Assembly (NCBI GenBank): GCA_951406725.2
Contig: OX597838.1
Coordinates: 35,216,001 to 35,280,000, forward strand
Direction of reading: 5' to 3'
Origin: Octopus vulgaris
Lineage: Eukaryota
Length of the DNA: 64,000 bases
The translations under genes and the position numbers were made by a program. Below are positions 51,717-63,996 of the stretch, one piece after another. How positions within the stretch are numbered: position 1 is the first letter of the stretch; every line of letters begins with the position of its first letter. Under the pieces are notes generated by a model, which saw only the letters and a program-made list of their open reading frames with translations, did not search any database and had not been told where the DNA came from.

Positions 51717-51821
51717 TGCATTCTTTCAATTTACAAAAAAAAAAAATATTGTAATCTTTTGAGAACCAAAGAATTGTCATAACATAGATACTCACACACG
51801 TACACTCACGTGTGTGTCTGT

Positions 51822-51894
51822 CGCAGAATGGTGTAGTGGAAGTGTGCTGGACCTGTAATCCAGAGATCCTGTAGATCAAAACTATGCTATGTCA
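51822..51894 (+). pseudogene. Decayed initiator tRNA-Met copy
   Basis: GCAGAATGGTGTAGTGGAAGTGTGCTGGACCTGTAATCCAGAGATCCTGTAGATCAAAACTATGCTATG aligns to the eukaryotic iMet consensus with mostly transition changes; anticodon CAT lost. Confidence 0.8.
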
Positions 51895-52110
51895 TCATAG
51901 AACTGGTTTGTCCAAACCATACCAGCATGGGGCATGGACTTCAAATGCTGCAGCTTAAATGTGTGTATGTGTGTGTATTGCTAAAGAGTTCTTAACAACA
52001 ATCATTCACTGAAAAAAAGGACTCAGTACATAATATTGAGTGAAATATTTATTTAAAAAAAAGTTGAATGTCAATTTGAAGTCTCACAGTGGTTGGCTTA
52101 TCAAATAGTT

Positions 52111-52272
52111 ACTCTTTTACTTGTTTCAGTCATTTGACTGCGGCCATGCTGGAGCACCGCCTTTAGTACTTATTCTACCGGTCTCTTTTTGCCGAACCGC
52201 TAAGTGACGGGGACGTAAACACACCAGCATCGGTTGTCAAGCAATGCTAAGGGGACAAACACAGACACACAA

Positions 52273-52311
<39 letters not shown>

Positions 52312-52478
52312 CATATATACGACAGGCTTCTTTCAGTTTCCATCTACCAAATCCACTCACAAGGCATTGGTCAGCCCGGGGCTATAGCAGAAGAGACTTG
52401 CCCAAGATGCCACGCAGTGGGACTGAACCCGCAACCATGTGGTTGGTTAGCAAGCTACTTACCACACAGCCACTCCTG
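52111..52478 (-). mobile_element. SINE family A with internal deletion
   Basis: Head-to-head with the next copy. Confidence 0.92.
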
Positions 52479-52683
52479 TTGTATATGAAATGTAAAAGGT
52501 GGATAAAACAAATGCACTTAATTTAGTGGTTACATGTTTCCTTGTTCCAATACTGCTAGAATCACATCCAGATTCCCCATTGCCACCCCAAACTTATTTG
52601 GTTCTAAGACTGAACTGAAATGGATGAGCTCAATTGTAGAGTAAACATCTAAACATGGATACACATACATACATACGTATATA

Positions 52684-52795
52684 GGAGTAAAAGTGGCTGT
52701 GTGGTAAGTAGCTTGCTTACAAACCACTTGGTTCCAGGTTCAATCCAACTGCATGGCACCTTGAGTAAGTGTCTTCTACCATAGCCATGTATATA

Positions 52796-52842
<47 letters not shown>

Positions 52843-53330
52843 TTGTGTGTCTGTGTTTGTCCCCCCCGCCCCACATTGCTTGACAACTGAAGCTGGTGTG
52901 TTTACGTTCCCGTAACTTACCAGTTTGGCAAAAGAGACCGATAGAATAAGTACTAGGCTTCCAAAGAATAAGTCCTGGGGTCGATTTGCTTGACTAAAAG
53001 GCGGTGCTCCAGCATGGGTTTTAATTGAATAAATTGCTCCCAGGACTTATTCTTTGTAAGCCTAGTACTTATTCTGTCGGTCTCTTTTGCTGAACCTCTA
53101 AGTTACAAGGATGTAAACATACAAACATCAGTTGTCAAGCGATGGTAAGGGGACAAACACAGATATAGAGTCACATGCATAAATACACATCCGTATGTTT
53201 CCATCTACCAAATCTGCTCATATGGCTTAGATTGGCGCGAGGCTATAGTAGAAGCTTGCCCAAGGTGCTACACAGTGGGACTGAACCTGGAACCATGTGT
53301 TTGGGAAGCAAATTTCTTACCACACTGCCA
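52684..53330. mobile_element. Tail-to-tail fused A-type SINEs (52684-53017 +, ~53019-53330 -)
   Basis: Both lack their 3' termini and abut almost directly. Confidence 0.88.
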
Positions 53331-53655
53331 CAAGAAGGTAATAGGATAGTGCTGTTAGTAGGTGAGGTTTGGAAGGTAAAGGAGGAAGATGAAATATTGT
53401 AACTGAATGCTTCGAGGAAAGTTAAGAGAAGCTAAAAGTACTTAAGAAGACAGGTGGAGGTGAAAAAGCGAGGAAATTGGAAAAGTTGAAAAAGGGAAAT
53501 TTCCTTTATAGCTTAATAAACATCATAAGCTTGAAAAAAAAGTTTCTAGAACAGTTCATAAATTTCTCAAAAAAGACCTTGAAGAATTTTGAAGGCTTCA
53601 GAGTCATGGAATTACACACGCACACGCGCACACACACACGCACACACGCACACAC

Positions 53656-53738
<83 letters not shown>

Positions 53739-54094
53739 AAAGTGAAAGGGTTTTCCTGCAAAATGAGCTTAGTCAAAATACCTTACAGAATTTCTTTTGG
53801 CTCCTTCCATTCTGAGTTCAAATGCTTCTTAGATCAACTTTGGCTTTCATCTCTCTGGGGTTGATAAAAAACTGCTCACCTTGTACTTGAAGCAGAAACT
53901 ATTATTAATGTTGGATTCCAGGTAGTATGATGGCATGATTGTTAGAACATCAGAATAAAAAAAAGTGCTTTCCCGTGTTTCTTCTGGTGCTTTATGAGTT
54001 CAAACCCTGCTGAGGTCAGTTTTACCTTTCATGCCTCTGGGATGAATAAAATGAGGTATCAGTTAAGTATTGAGCTAAATATAATATAATATAT

Positions 54095-54441
54095 GTGAAG
54101 GCGCATGGCTCAGTGATTAGAGCGTCGAGCTTACGATTGTGAGGTTGTGAGCTCGAATCTCGGACCAGGCTGCGTGTTGTGTTCTTGAGCAAGACACTTT
54201 ATTTCACGTTGCTCCAGTTCACTCAGCTGTAGAAATGAGTTGCGATGTCACAGGTACCAAGCTGTATCGGCCTTTGCCTTTCCCTTGGATAACACTGATG
54301 GCGTGGAGAGGGGAGGCCGGTATGCATGGGCGACTGCAGGTCTTCTATAAACCACCTTGCCCAGACTTGTGACTAGGAGGGTAACTTTCTAGTTGCAATC
54401 CCATGGTCAGTGTCGTGACCGAAGTGGGTCCCCCCCCCCCC
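54095..54441 (+). mobile_element. SINE family C inserted (sense) in an old D SINE
   Basis: AAATATAAT repeated at 54077-54085 and 54443-54451. Confidence 0.88.
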
Positions 54442-54762
54442 GAAATATAATTGACTAAGCCCCTCTTCTTAGACATCTTTATAAAAGTAGGTTTCACCAG
54501 TCTTCCATCAGAACATTTCCAGTCAAGGGGAAATATTACCTTACCAGGCAACAAATGAGGGTTGGTGACAGGAAAGGCATCGAATGGCAGAAAAGTTTCT
54601 ATCTGACCAATGCAAATACAGAAAAGAAGGATGTTAAGAAATATTCACATAAATTCTCAAACTGCTTTTTTGTATTTGTCATACAGTATTCAGTCTTTTT
54701 TTGTTTTTCGTCAATATAAATATTAAAGAAAAAAACACAAACTTCTGAGAAATATATATATA

Positions 54763-55049
54763 CTAGCAGTATCGCCCGGCATTGCTCGGGTTTGTAAGGG
54801 AAATAACTATATAAGCATTTTTAGAGACTTACTTCCCTTGTATAAACCGAGCAAAAAATGCATTAAAAATGCGGAAAATTGATGGTAAATTTTCTTTTAA
54901 ATCGTAGACTCATCATAGAAGGGCTTGATATGAATCACGACTATAAGATACCCGCTTTTGGTTAAACTGCACCGCAAAATGTGGAAGTAGTTAGGAATCT
55001 AAATCGGAGTAGACAGACACACACACAACTTCAGTTTTATATATAAAGA
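54763..55049 (-). mobile_element. Non-autonomous Helitron
   Basis: TC 5' end, 3' hairpin and CTAG, inserted between A and T; homologous to the 62483 copy. Confidence 0.87.
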
Positions 55050-55341
55050 TATATATATATATATTTGACAGAATATTTTTATTCCAATATCCTATTCCAG
55101 TTTTTTATCACAATATCATGTATATTTGTCTTGAATATTCTCAGCACTTCCTTTTTATTGCTGTATTTTTTTTTTAACAAAAAATATTTGAAATTTTCAT
55201 TTATGTATTTTTCTGTTTTTTAAGCTATTTTAATTCCTTTGGGGCTTTAACGTTTGTTATGGATAATTGTTTGGTTTGAAAGCAAAAAAAAAAAAAATCA
55301 AAAGTGGTGAAAAAGGGCTGCTTCTACAGTCATTGCCCACC

Positions 55342-55375
<34 letters not shown>

Positions 55376-55461
55376 GTTTCATTGCAAATTTGTAATCAGT
55401 CTTCATTAACAGAGGAATATGCCCCTGGTTCTAGTGAATAAACAACTTGTGTGTTTGTGTA

Positions 55462-55492
<31 letters not shown>

Positions 55493-56559
55493 AACAAAGT
55501 GGTTCTTAAGTTAGGTTGTTTTAGCTATCATGTATGTGCATGTATGTTTTAGTATATGCATGTTTATGTTTCTGAATATGCACAAACATAATTTTATTAC
55601 CATTACCACCATCATTCACTATGCCCAGATGCCCTTACTGTCATGAAAGCCAACCTGTTCCCAATAAGGTAATCTTTCCCCATAGCTGGATGTGATTTCA
55701 TGAGATTGAAATAAAATGCACCACTTACATGGAGGTGATGCTTGTTTACACCTATGTTAAGACAAGGACGGACACACACACACACACACACACACACGGT
55801 GGCTTTTGGTTTCACTATACTTAACTCTCCTCCCGTGTTCTTGCATTCTTGCCAATCACACATCATCTCTCTTTCTTCTCTTTGTACTGTATTGTTATTT
55901 TACTTCATTTCACCTCTTCTTCTACTGTCAGTCATCCCCTACTCTCCACTCTCTCATATATCATTGATCACCTCACTTCTTACTCATCATTCACTCCATC
56001 TGCCCTCTCAACTCTACCCCACCGATCTTTACAGTCATCCCTTACTCTTCCCTACTTCCTCTTCAACAAATATTTGTCACCCTTCAACATTTGCCTTCAT
56101 TCATTATATTCAATTCCTCATCCATTCCCATCACTAACTGTCTCTCACTCTCCCCATATATTCTTACAACTTGTCTCTTCCCTATTCACCTGTGCTCACC
56201 TTCTCCTCACCTCATATCTTGAGGGTCCAACATTATAGGATTATAATTAATTATCCCTCCACATAAAAATAATCTTTGACTGTTAATTTTTTCATAAATT
56301 AAATTTCCCAAACAAAATAAACCTGAAGAACATAATCCATGACAAACCATCATCAAAATAGCCCCTTCTCAACCAATAATAAATCCCCTAATTATCCCCG
56401 CTAACATTACCCCCATATGACCAATAGAAGAATAAGCAATCAATCTTTTTATATCTCTCTGACATATATATCTCTCTTATTTTATCTCCCTTCTACGTCT
56501 TCACTCACTTCTATAAGGTGAGTTGTCATGCAGTTCCCCTTATTTCTTTTATTTTGCCA

Positions 56560-57265
56560 TTAGGAACCTGACACGGGGGGTGGGGGGTGGACAGTACAAG
56601 GACAGACAAAACATGCAGCGGGGAAGAAAAAATTAAAGTGGATGAATTGATGGGATGATGTTATATAGATATGGGGATGCAATGGCTACTTGAACCCCGT
56701 ACTCGAGCAATTACATTTAATACATTTTTTCATCTTTTTTTTCTTTCATAGTTTATCTAAAATAGTTTCACCTTAAAATAACTGTCTCTGTTAGTTCTGC
56801 CACCTCTTTATATTCAATGACTGAAGGTAGGGTATCAAACCTCACCTCCTGCCCTATGGGGTCCACATCAGACCTGAAAGTCTTTTTTTAAACTTTTTAT
56901 GTCTTTCCAAGTCCAGCAGGACACAATTTTTGTTGTGGGGAAATCCCCTGCAAACACTTTTACCCTTGTTGTATTCTTCCATTTCGTTAACATTTTCTCC
57001 TTGTTTGTGTATGCTGTTTGTTTTGGTTTTCTGTGGGGGGGCCTGAGTGGGTTGGCTGTTTGTGTGTTTTCCTGCTTATGTGTGTCTGTGAGCGTGTATG
57101 TCGGTGTGTACCTGTCTGGCGAGGCCAGGCTGTCTGGTATGTTTTTGTTTTTAAGTGGTGTGGACAGGAATGATATGTTCATGAATAGGTTTTCGTGTTT
57201 ATTTTCTGTGGGTATTTTCTCTTTGTCCTGTTCTGGCCCTTTTCCTCATATTATTTACTCTTAAA
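56560..57265 (-). other. Unidentified, probably retroelement-derived relic with a broken ORF
   Basis: Non-repetitive 104-aa ORF at 56868-57182 with a frameshifted continuation; no family recognised. Confidence 0.25.
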
Positions 57266-57534
57266 AGTGACTTAATTCTCATAATCATACCAAGCAGTTT
57301 ATTATTCTACCTCCCTAGTTATAACCCTTTAATATTCATAATCATGATTGATTTCGTTTTTTACATGTTTTTTAATTGTTCAATTTCCTTTTGCAGTTTA
57401 TGCAATGAAACAAAAGCTTTTTCTTTCATGAGTTAAGTTTGTTCACCTTCAGGCATGTGTGTTGTCTAAAAGAAAAAAAAAAAATTAGTTATTAGAGAGA
57501 TGACTTTTTCATCTTCAAATATGATATTACTTTT

Positions 57535-57720
57535 ATCATCATCATCGTTTAACGTCCGTTTTCCGCGCTAGCACAGGTTGGATGGTTCGACTGGGGTCTG
57601 GGAAACCAGAAGGCTGCACCAGGCTCCAGTCTGATCTGGCAGTGTTTCTACAGCCGGATGCCCTTCCTAACGCCAACCACTCCACGAGTGTAGTGGGTGC
57701 TTTTTACGTGCCACCTGCAC
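57535..57720 (-). mobile_element. RTE family E 3' copy
   Basis: Stops at ACGTGCCACCTGCAC. Confidence 0.9.
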
Positions 57721-58012
57721 TAGGGGTGTGAAAATTAATCAAACATTTTCTCAGGATTTGAAGGTATAGAAAAGGCTGGGATCTGCTGTATTAGATTGTG
57801 TAGTGTTCATCATGATCATTATTATCATTTTAATGTCCACTTGCAATGTTGGGATGAAATTTGCCGAAGTAGATTTTCATGGCCAGATGCCCTTCTTGTT
57901 GCTAACCTCACCTGTTTCCAAGCAAGGTTGCATTTCCTGGTAACGCTTGTTTACAATCATTACACAATGTCAAGGCAAGGAATCAGTAACACCCACACAT
58001 GCACATAAATAG

Positions 58013-58225
58013 ATCATCATCGTTTAACGTCCATTTTCCATGCTAGCATGGGTTGGACGGTTCGACCGGGGTCTGGGAAGCCAGGAGGCTGCACCAGTCT
58101 CCAGTCTGATCTGGCAGTGTTTCTACAGCTGGATGCCCTTCCTAACGCCAACCACTCTGTGAGTGTAGTGGGTGCTTTTTACGTGCCGCCAGCACAGGTG
58201 CCAGGGGAGGCTGGCAATGGCCATT
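58013..58225 (-). mobile_element. RTE family E 3' copy
   Basis: (ATC)n tail plus a partial tandem unit. Confidence 0.9.
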
Positions 58226-58612
58226 CTCTCCATTGGGTTATATCATTGGCTTATATTATTGCTACAAATCCTGATCAAACAGACCTATATACATGCACAT
58301 GTATATATGTATACGTGTATGTATGTGTGTATGTGTGAGAGAGAGGGGCTTCTTTCTGTTTCCGTTTACCAGCTCCATTCACAAGACAGTAAAGAAGCAT
58401 TTGCCCAAGGTACTGCACAGCAGGATGAAGCCAGAGCCATGTGAGTGGGAAGCAAACTGCTTACCACACAGCTGTGCCTGCACCTCTTAAAATTTAGCTC
58501 GCCTAGAACTAAACAACAACCATTATTGTCAACATCATCGTCATCATCATCACCACCACCACTACCACCACCACCACCATCACCTTCATCATTATCACAC
58601 TCATCATCAAGT

Positions 58613-58929
58613 GGTGGCACATGGCCTAGCGGTTAGAGCAGCGGACTCGCAGTCGAGGAATCGCGTGTTCGAATCTCAGACCGGGCAATGTGCGTGCTTA
58701 TGAGCGAAAGACCTAAGCTCCACGCGACTTCGGCAGAAGGTAATGGCGAACTTCTGCTGACTCTTTCGCCACAACTTTCTCTCACTCTTTCCTCCTGCAT
58801 CTTGCAGCTCACCTGCGACGGACCGGCATCCCATCCACAAGGGGAACCTATATGCCAAAGAAACCGGGAAACCGGCCCTTATGAGCCAGGCATGGCTCGA
58901 GAAGGAACAAACAGACAAAAAAAAAACAA
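58613..58929 (+). mobile_element. SINE with family B-type head and a different, V-domain-like 3' half
   Basis: Homologous to B up to CACAACTTTCTCTCACTCTT, then CTGCGACGGACCGGCATCCCATCCA...GAAACCGGG; flanked by TCATCATCA. Confidence 0.85.
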
Positions 58930-58940
58930 TCATCATCATA

Positions 58941-59359
58941 GGCGCAGGAGTGGCTGTGTGGTAAGTAGCTTGCTTACCAACCACATGGTTCCAGGTTCAG
59001 TCCCACTGCGTGGCATCTTGGGCAAGTGTCTTCTACTATAGCCTCGGGTCGACCAATGCCTTGTGAGTGGATTTGGTAGACGGAAACTGAAAGAAGCCTG
59101 TCGTGTATATATATATATATATATATGGATGTGTGTGTATATGTTTGTGTGTCTGTGTTTGTCCCCCTAGCATTGCTTGACAACCGATGCTGGTGTGTTT
59201 ATGTCCCCGTCACTTAGCGGTTTGGCAAAAGAGACCGATAGAATAAGTACTGGGCTTACGAAGAATAAGTCCCGGGGTCGATTTGCTCGACTAAAGGCAG
59301 TGCTCCAGCATGGCCGCAGTCAAATGACTGAAACAAGTAAAAGAGTAAAGAGCAAAGAG
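58941..59359 (+). mobile_element. SINE family A, full length
   Basis: Complete element. Confidence 0.93.
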
Positions 59360-59782
59360 GGATTTTCCCATGTTTGCATGGTTCAGACAGAATATTATCA
59401 AGGCAGATTTTCAATGATTAGAATCCATTCCTGTTGCCAACCCTGAAACCACCCCCACCACTCACACACACACACACACACACAAAAAAGGGGAAATGGG
59501 TACAACCATGAATTGAAACAGAGTTGTTGAATCATCTTGTAGAGCATTAGCAAGCTATTATCACTTGATGATATTAAATAGGAAATAGCTAGTGCGGTGG
59601 GAGCTCCTACTTTATTCTGGAACAATTTCAAGTGTGGTCGTTTAATGAAAAGTTGTTTTTTTTTCTTATTTTTTTCTCAATGCAAATTCATTGGATATAA
59701 AGAAGCTGCTTCTGCCAATTGCGAATGTTTATTTTGGAAATAAACAATAAAATGTATTACATTAGTTCCAGACAATTGACTC

Positions 59783-59824
<42 letters not shown>

Positions 59825-60059
59825 ATGTGTATGTGTGTGTGTTTTAACTTGCTGAATCTGAAAGACGGAGCAGTGCTGTGACCTTTAGCAACCCTCTGGT
59901 GAACTTGATGTCATTAATGTTCTGTTTAAACTGTTGCATGGGTGACTTCTGGTCTTCCATAAACAACTTTGACCAGACTTGTGCCTTGAAGGGGAACATT
60001 TTAGGTGCAATCCCATGGCCATTCATGACCAAAGGGGGTCTTTTCCCTTTTTACCCTGC

Positions 60060-60600
60060 ATACACTCATGTTACATGGAGGGGTATATAAGTGAAATGGC
60101 ACAGAGGGTTGGATAGAGTGAGTGGGTAAATAAATTCACAAGAATGTGAAAGAGTGTGAAAGGGACCACAGTGAATGAACACAAGTGAAAGGGACGGGTG
60201 ATGTTAGAAAAATATGAGATTCATCAAGGATACATTGTGTGCAGGGAGAGTGGGAGATAGATGGTAGAGGAATGCAGCAAGTAGTGACCCAAGGAGGAGG
60301 AAAAAGGGCAAGGATTAGGAAGATGAGTTGTTGGGGAAAGATTTGTCAGTGACAGATTGTGTGCAGGGCTACAGACATAAGTGGCATGTCTCTGTGATCT
60401 TGATTTTACTTAGATGGCTGGGTTTTTTCAAGAACTTCACATTACCAATCATCTTGGTCCTTTGTCATCTTCTCTGTGAGGTTCAACATCTGAAAGTCAT
60501 TCTTCACCACTTTGTCTCACACCTTTTGGGGTCTTTCTCTTACACAGGTTCCCTGCATATTTAGAGATTGGCACTTCCTTATGCAGTTCCATAAACATAG
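60060..60600 (-). pseudogene. Old RTE ORF C-terminus plus pyrimidine-rich 3'UTR
   Basis: 60420-60600 reads CIRKCQSLNMQGTCVRERPQKV*DKVVKNDFQMLNLTE.MTKDQDDW*CEVLEKT, homologous to the 45082 terminus. Confidence 0.78.
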
Positions 60601-60608
60601 ATGTGCAT

Positions 60609-60656
<48 letters not shown>

Positions 60657-60660
<4 letters not shown>

Positions 60661-61058
60661 AGGAGTGGCTGTGTTGTAAGTAGCTTGTTTACCAACCACA
60701 TGGTTCCGGGTTCAGTCCCACTGCGTGGCACCTTGGGCAAGTGTCTTCTACTATAGCCTCGGGCCGACCAATGCCTTGTGAGTGGATTTGGTAGACGGAA
60801 ACTGAAAGAAGCCTGTCGTGTATATGTATATATGTATGTGTGTGTGTTTGTGTGTCTGTGTTTGTCCCCCTAGCATTGCTTGACAACCGATGCTGGTGTG
60901 TTTATGTCCCTGTTACTTAGCGGTTCGGCAAAAGAGACCGATAGAATAAGTACTGGGCTTACAAAAGAATAATTGCCGGGGTTGAGTTGCTCGATTAAAG
61001 GCGGTGCTCCAGCATGGCCGCAGTCAAATGACTGAAACAAGTAAAAGAGTAAAAGAGT
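60657..61058 (+). mobile_element. SINE family A, full length
   Basis: Complete element inside (TA)n. Confidence 0.93.
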
Positions 61059-61377
61059 ATATATATATATATATCATATACCAAATATCAGGCTACCAAA
61101 AATATTACATTAATATTTGTTAATAATACAGCTGACAAGAAAAATATTGGAATTTTGTGTTTGTGTGTGTGATTGCAACTAATCTATTTAATAGAAAAGC
61201 ATATGATCAATTTAAATCTATTTTTATGAATGACAGGTGAATCTGATTGTAAAATTTAGCACATCACTATACTTAGAATTAATGCAATATATTTAGAATT
61301 TTGTTTTCTTTTATCTTTGGATATACAACATAAGTGTTTTAAGAAGTTTATTTTGGAACAGCTTAATTTCACATTTA

Positions 61378-61801
61378 GGTATGACTGTGGTAAGAAGTTT
61401 GCTTTCCAACCACATAGTTTTGGGTTCAGTCCCACTTCATAGCACCTTGTGTTTTCTAATCTAGCCATGGGCTGACCAAGGTGTTGTGAGTGGATTTGGG
61501 AAATGGAAGCTGAAAGAAGCCCATCATATACATCATATGTATGTGTAAGTGTGCGTTTTACTCTCTCCTTGCTTTGACATTGCATGATAGGATAGCTGTA
61601 AGCAAGTGTCACTGTCATACAAGCAGCGTCCTTCGTTTTCAATCTCTTGAGACATGTCTGGTCATGGGGAAATATTACCTTACTGGGAAACAGGTGAAGG
61701 TTGGTGACTGGAAGTGCATCTGGCTGTAGAAAATCCACTGTAGCAAATTCTGTCTGATCCATGTGTGCATGGAAATGTGGACAATAAGATGATGATGATG
61801 A
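61378..61801 (+). mobile_element. Old SINE family G, full length
   Basis: A-type head, microsatellite, then GGTTGG..ACTGGAAG.GCATC.GGCTGTAGAAAA...CATGGAAATGTGGAC..(GAT)n. Confidence 0.82.
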
Positions 61802-61934
61802 TTTCCCTTGTGTAGCATCTTGGATGAATATCTTCTAGTCTTGTCTGAGCTTGACCAATGTTTTGTGATTCAAATTTGGTAAATGGAAACTGGGCAATTC
61901 TAACTACAAAGTGACACTTTTATGAAAGCACATT

Positions 61935-62160
61935 TTAACCTTTTAACATTCAGATTACTCGGTCAAATGCAATGCATATTTATCCACTTTATTTTGTATT
62001 AATCATGCATTATCTTGTAGCTTTGAGATTTCAATAATGCGACTGTTTATTACCAGAACGGCATTGTAGAGTAGATGTGAAAGGCTGGTTCTGGCCAGTT
62101 TGAATGTAAAACAGATGGTATATTAGGGTCAGATATGGCTAGTTTAAATCCTAAAAGATT
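61935..62160 (-). mobile_element. TTAA MITE family 1, diverged
   Basis: Reverse-complement homology to 10711-10940. Confidence 0.75.
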
Positions 62161-62482
62161 GTTTGCTATGGTTACTTTTTACCTTGTTTTAACACAAAAG
62201 GTTATCAAATTTATCTGTATATCAGCTAGAAGTAGAATGTTAATTGTAAAGAATTACAAATGATGAATATTAAAACTTAAATACAATAGATGCAGCCATG
62301 GCGATATGATTAAGAAGTTCACGTGGCTTCTTGTTCAGTCCTGCTTTATGGCATCCAGGTTAAGTGACTTCTGCTATAGCTCCAGGTCAACCAATGTCAT
62401 GTGAGTGAATCTGATAGATGGAATCTGTGGAAGCCTGCCATGTATGTGTGTGTATAATATATATACACAAACATATGTATAA

Positions 62483-62787
62483 TCTTTATATATAAAACTA
62501 AAGTTGTGTGTGTGTGTGTCTGTCTACTCCGATTTAGATTCCTAACTACTCCCACATTTTGCAGTGCAGTTTAACCAAAAGCGGGTATCTTATAGTCGTC
62601 ATTCATATCGAGCCCTTCTGGGTATTAGCGCACGTCTACGATGAGTCTACGATTTTAAAAAAATTTACCATCATTTTTCCACATTTTTAATGATTTTTGC
62701 TCGGGTTGTATAAGGGAAGTAACTCTCTAAAAATACTTATATAGTTATTTCCCTTACAAACCCGAGCAACGCCAGGCAATACTGCTA

Positions 62788-62788
<1 letters not shown>
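62483..62788 (+). mobile_element. Non-autonomous Helitron
   Basis: A/TCTTT...CCCGAGCAACGCCAGGC..CTAG/T. Confidence 0.88.
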
Positions 62789-62837
<49 letters not shown>

Positions 62838-62945
62838 TGGGTCATTCCATAAATAATGTGGTTTTTTCACTGCATGAACTAAAAGTTGGAGAGGGATGGG
62901 GTAAACTACCTGCATCAACTTGCAATAAAAAGAGCAAGTTTTGAA
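62838..62945 (+). mobile_element. Possible mariner-like terminal fragment
   Basis: TTGGGTCATTCCATAAATAATGTGGTTTTTT after (TA)n; no partner end seen. Confidence 0.4.
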
Positions 62946-63358
62946 GAGTGTAGACTACTTCTTTGTTGACCAACTTGAAAAGCATGAAGGATAAAGTTGA
63001 CCCCCAATGGCATGCATATCAGATCAGAGCATAGAGGTATGTACCTGTATATGTGTGACAGTTGAAGAGAGGCTTTAATGTGGGTGGAATTAATAGATGT
63101 CATTACCAGGAATACGGGGCAAGTGAATTTAAAGATCAAATCTATAGCAATGAGAGAAAACTAATTATGACTGAAACAAGAGAAAGATAAATGATAGCAT
63201 CTTCTATACCTTATTGTTGTTTAGTCCCAAGCCAGCTGTAATTAAGTGAATCTATAATTAAAGATATTCTAACTATGAAAATCTTATTTCTCCTCAGAGA
63301 CACTACACATAAAAATACATTATTCCTATATATCCTTCTTGTTTCTAAGATGTTAGGC

Positions 63359-63578
63359 CAGTGCTTTTCAACCTTTTTGCTGGAGCGGAACCCCAAGAAA
63401 ACATTCCACTGGCTCGAGGAACCCCTGTACAATAATTTAATTGTCTTATGCACACATATCTGCACAGGAGAATTAAAAATCACTGTCGATTTTAGCAGTT
63501 TTGGTAACTTCTTGCAGAACCCTTAGACTGTGCTGGTGGAACCCTAAGGTTCCGCGGAACCCTGGTTGAAAACCAATG
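63359..63578 (+). mobile_element. hAT (Charlie-like) MITE, second copy
   Basis: Same TIRs as 24026; 8-bp TSD TGTTAGGC. Confidence 0.95.
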
Positions 63579-63644
63579 TGTTAGGCTATCATTTGAGTGA
63601 GATTCAGTTCCTGTTTCTAGCAGGCTGAGTGCTCATGTACTTAC

Positions 63645-63863
63645 AGAGTTCTTCCCTTTTGACTCCAGCAGCCCATACATACTAGTTTCTCCATGGTACA
63701 CTCTGTGATATCTATATATCATGCTGTCCAATAAATCACAAGAAAAAAACGTGAATGCTCTGAGAATTGAATTCCTTTTATAGAACAACATGGCTCTGGT
63801 TTTCCGATTTAATAGCAACGAAGATCAAAGACAAGGGAAAAGCGATATTCTTATGGAGCCAAC
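63645..63863 (-). other. Candidate exon
   Basis: GTAAGT donor (63639-63644) and weak TTATTAG acceptor around unique sequence with short open frames. Confidence 0.25.
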
Positions 63864-63957
63864 CTAATAAGTTGCTATCAGAGAAGTTGTAGAGTTACAG
63901 GAAATCTTGTTTGTTCTTTGAGAAAGTAAAATATACTTTAGATGCTCTTTAGACACA

Positions 63958-63996
<39 letters not shown>

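Noticed and set aside
55742-56238. Two ~130-aa Ser/Leu/His-rich ORFs
   Set aside because: Pyrimidine-rich low-complexity DNA, probably an old RTE UTR, that lacks stops for compositional reasons
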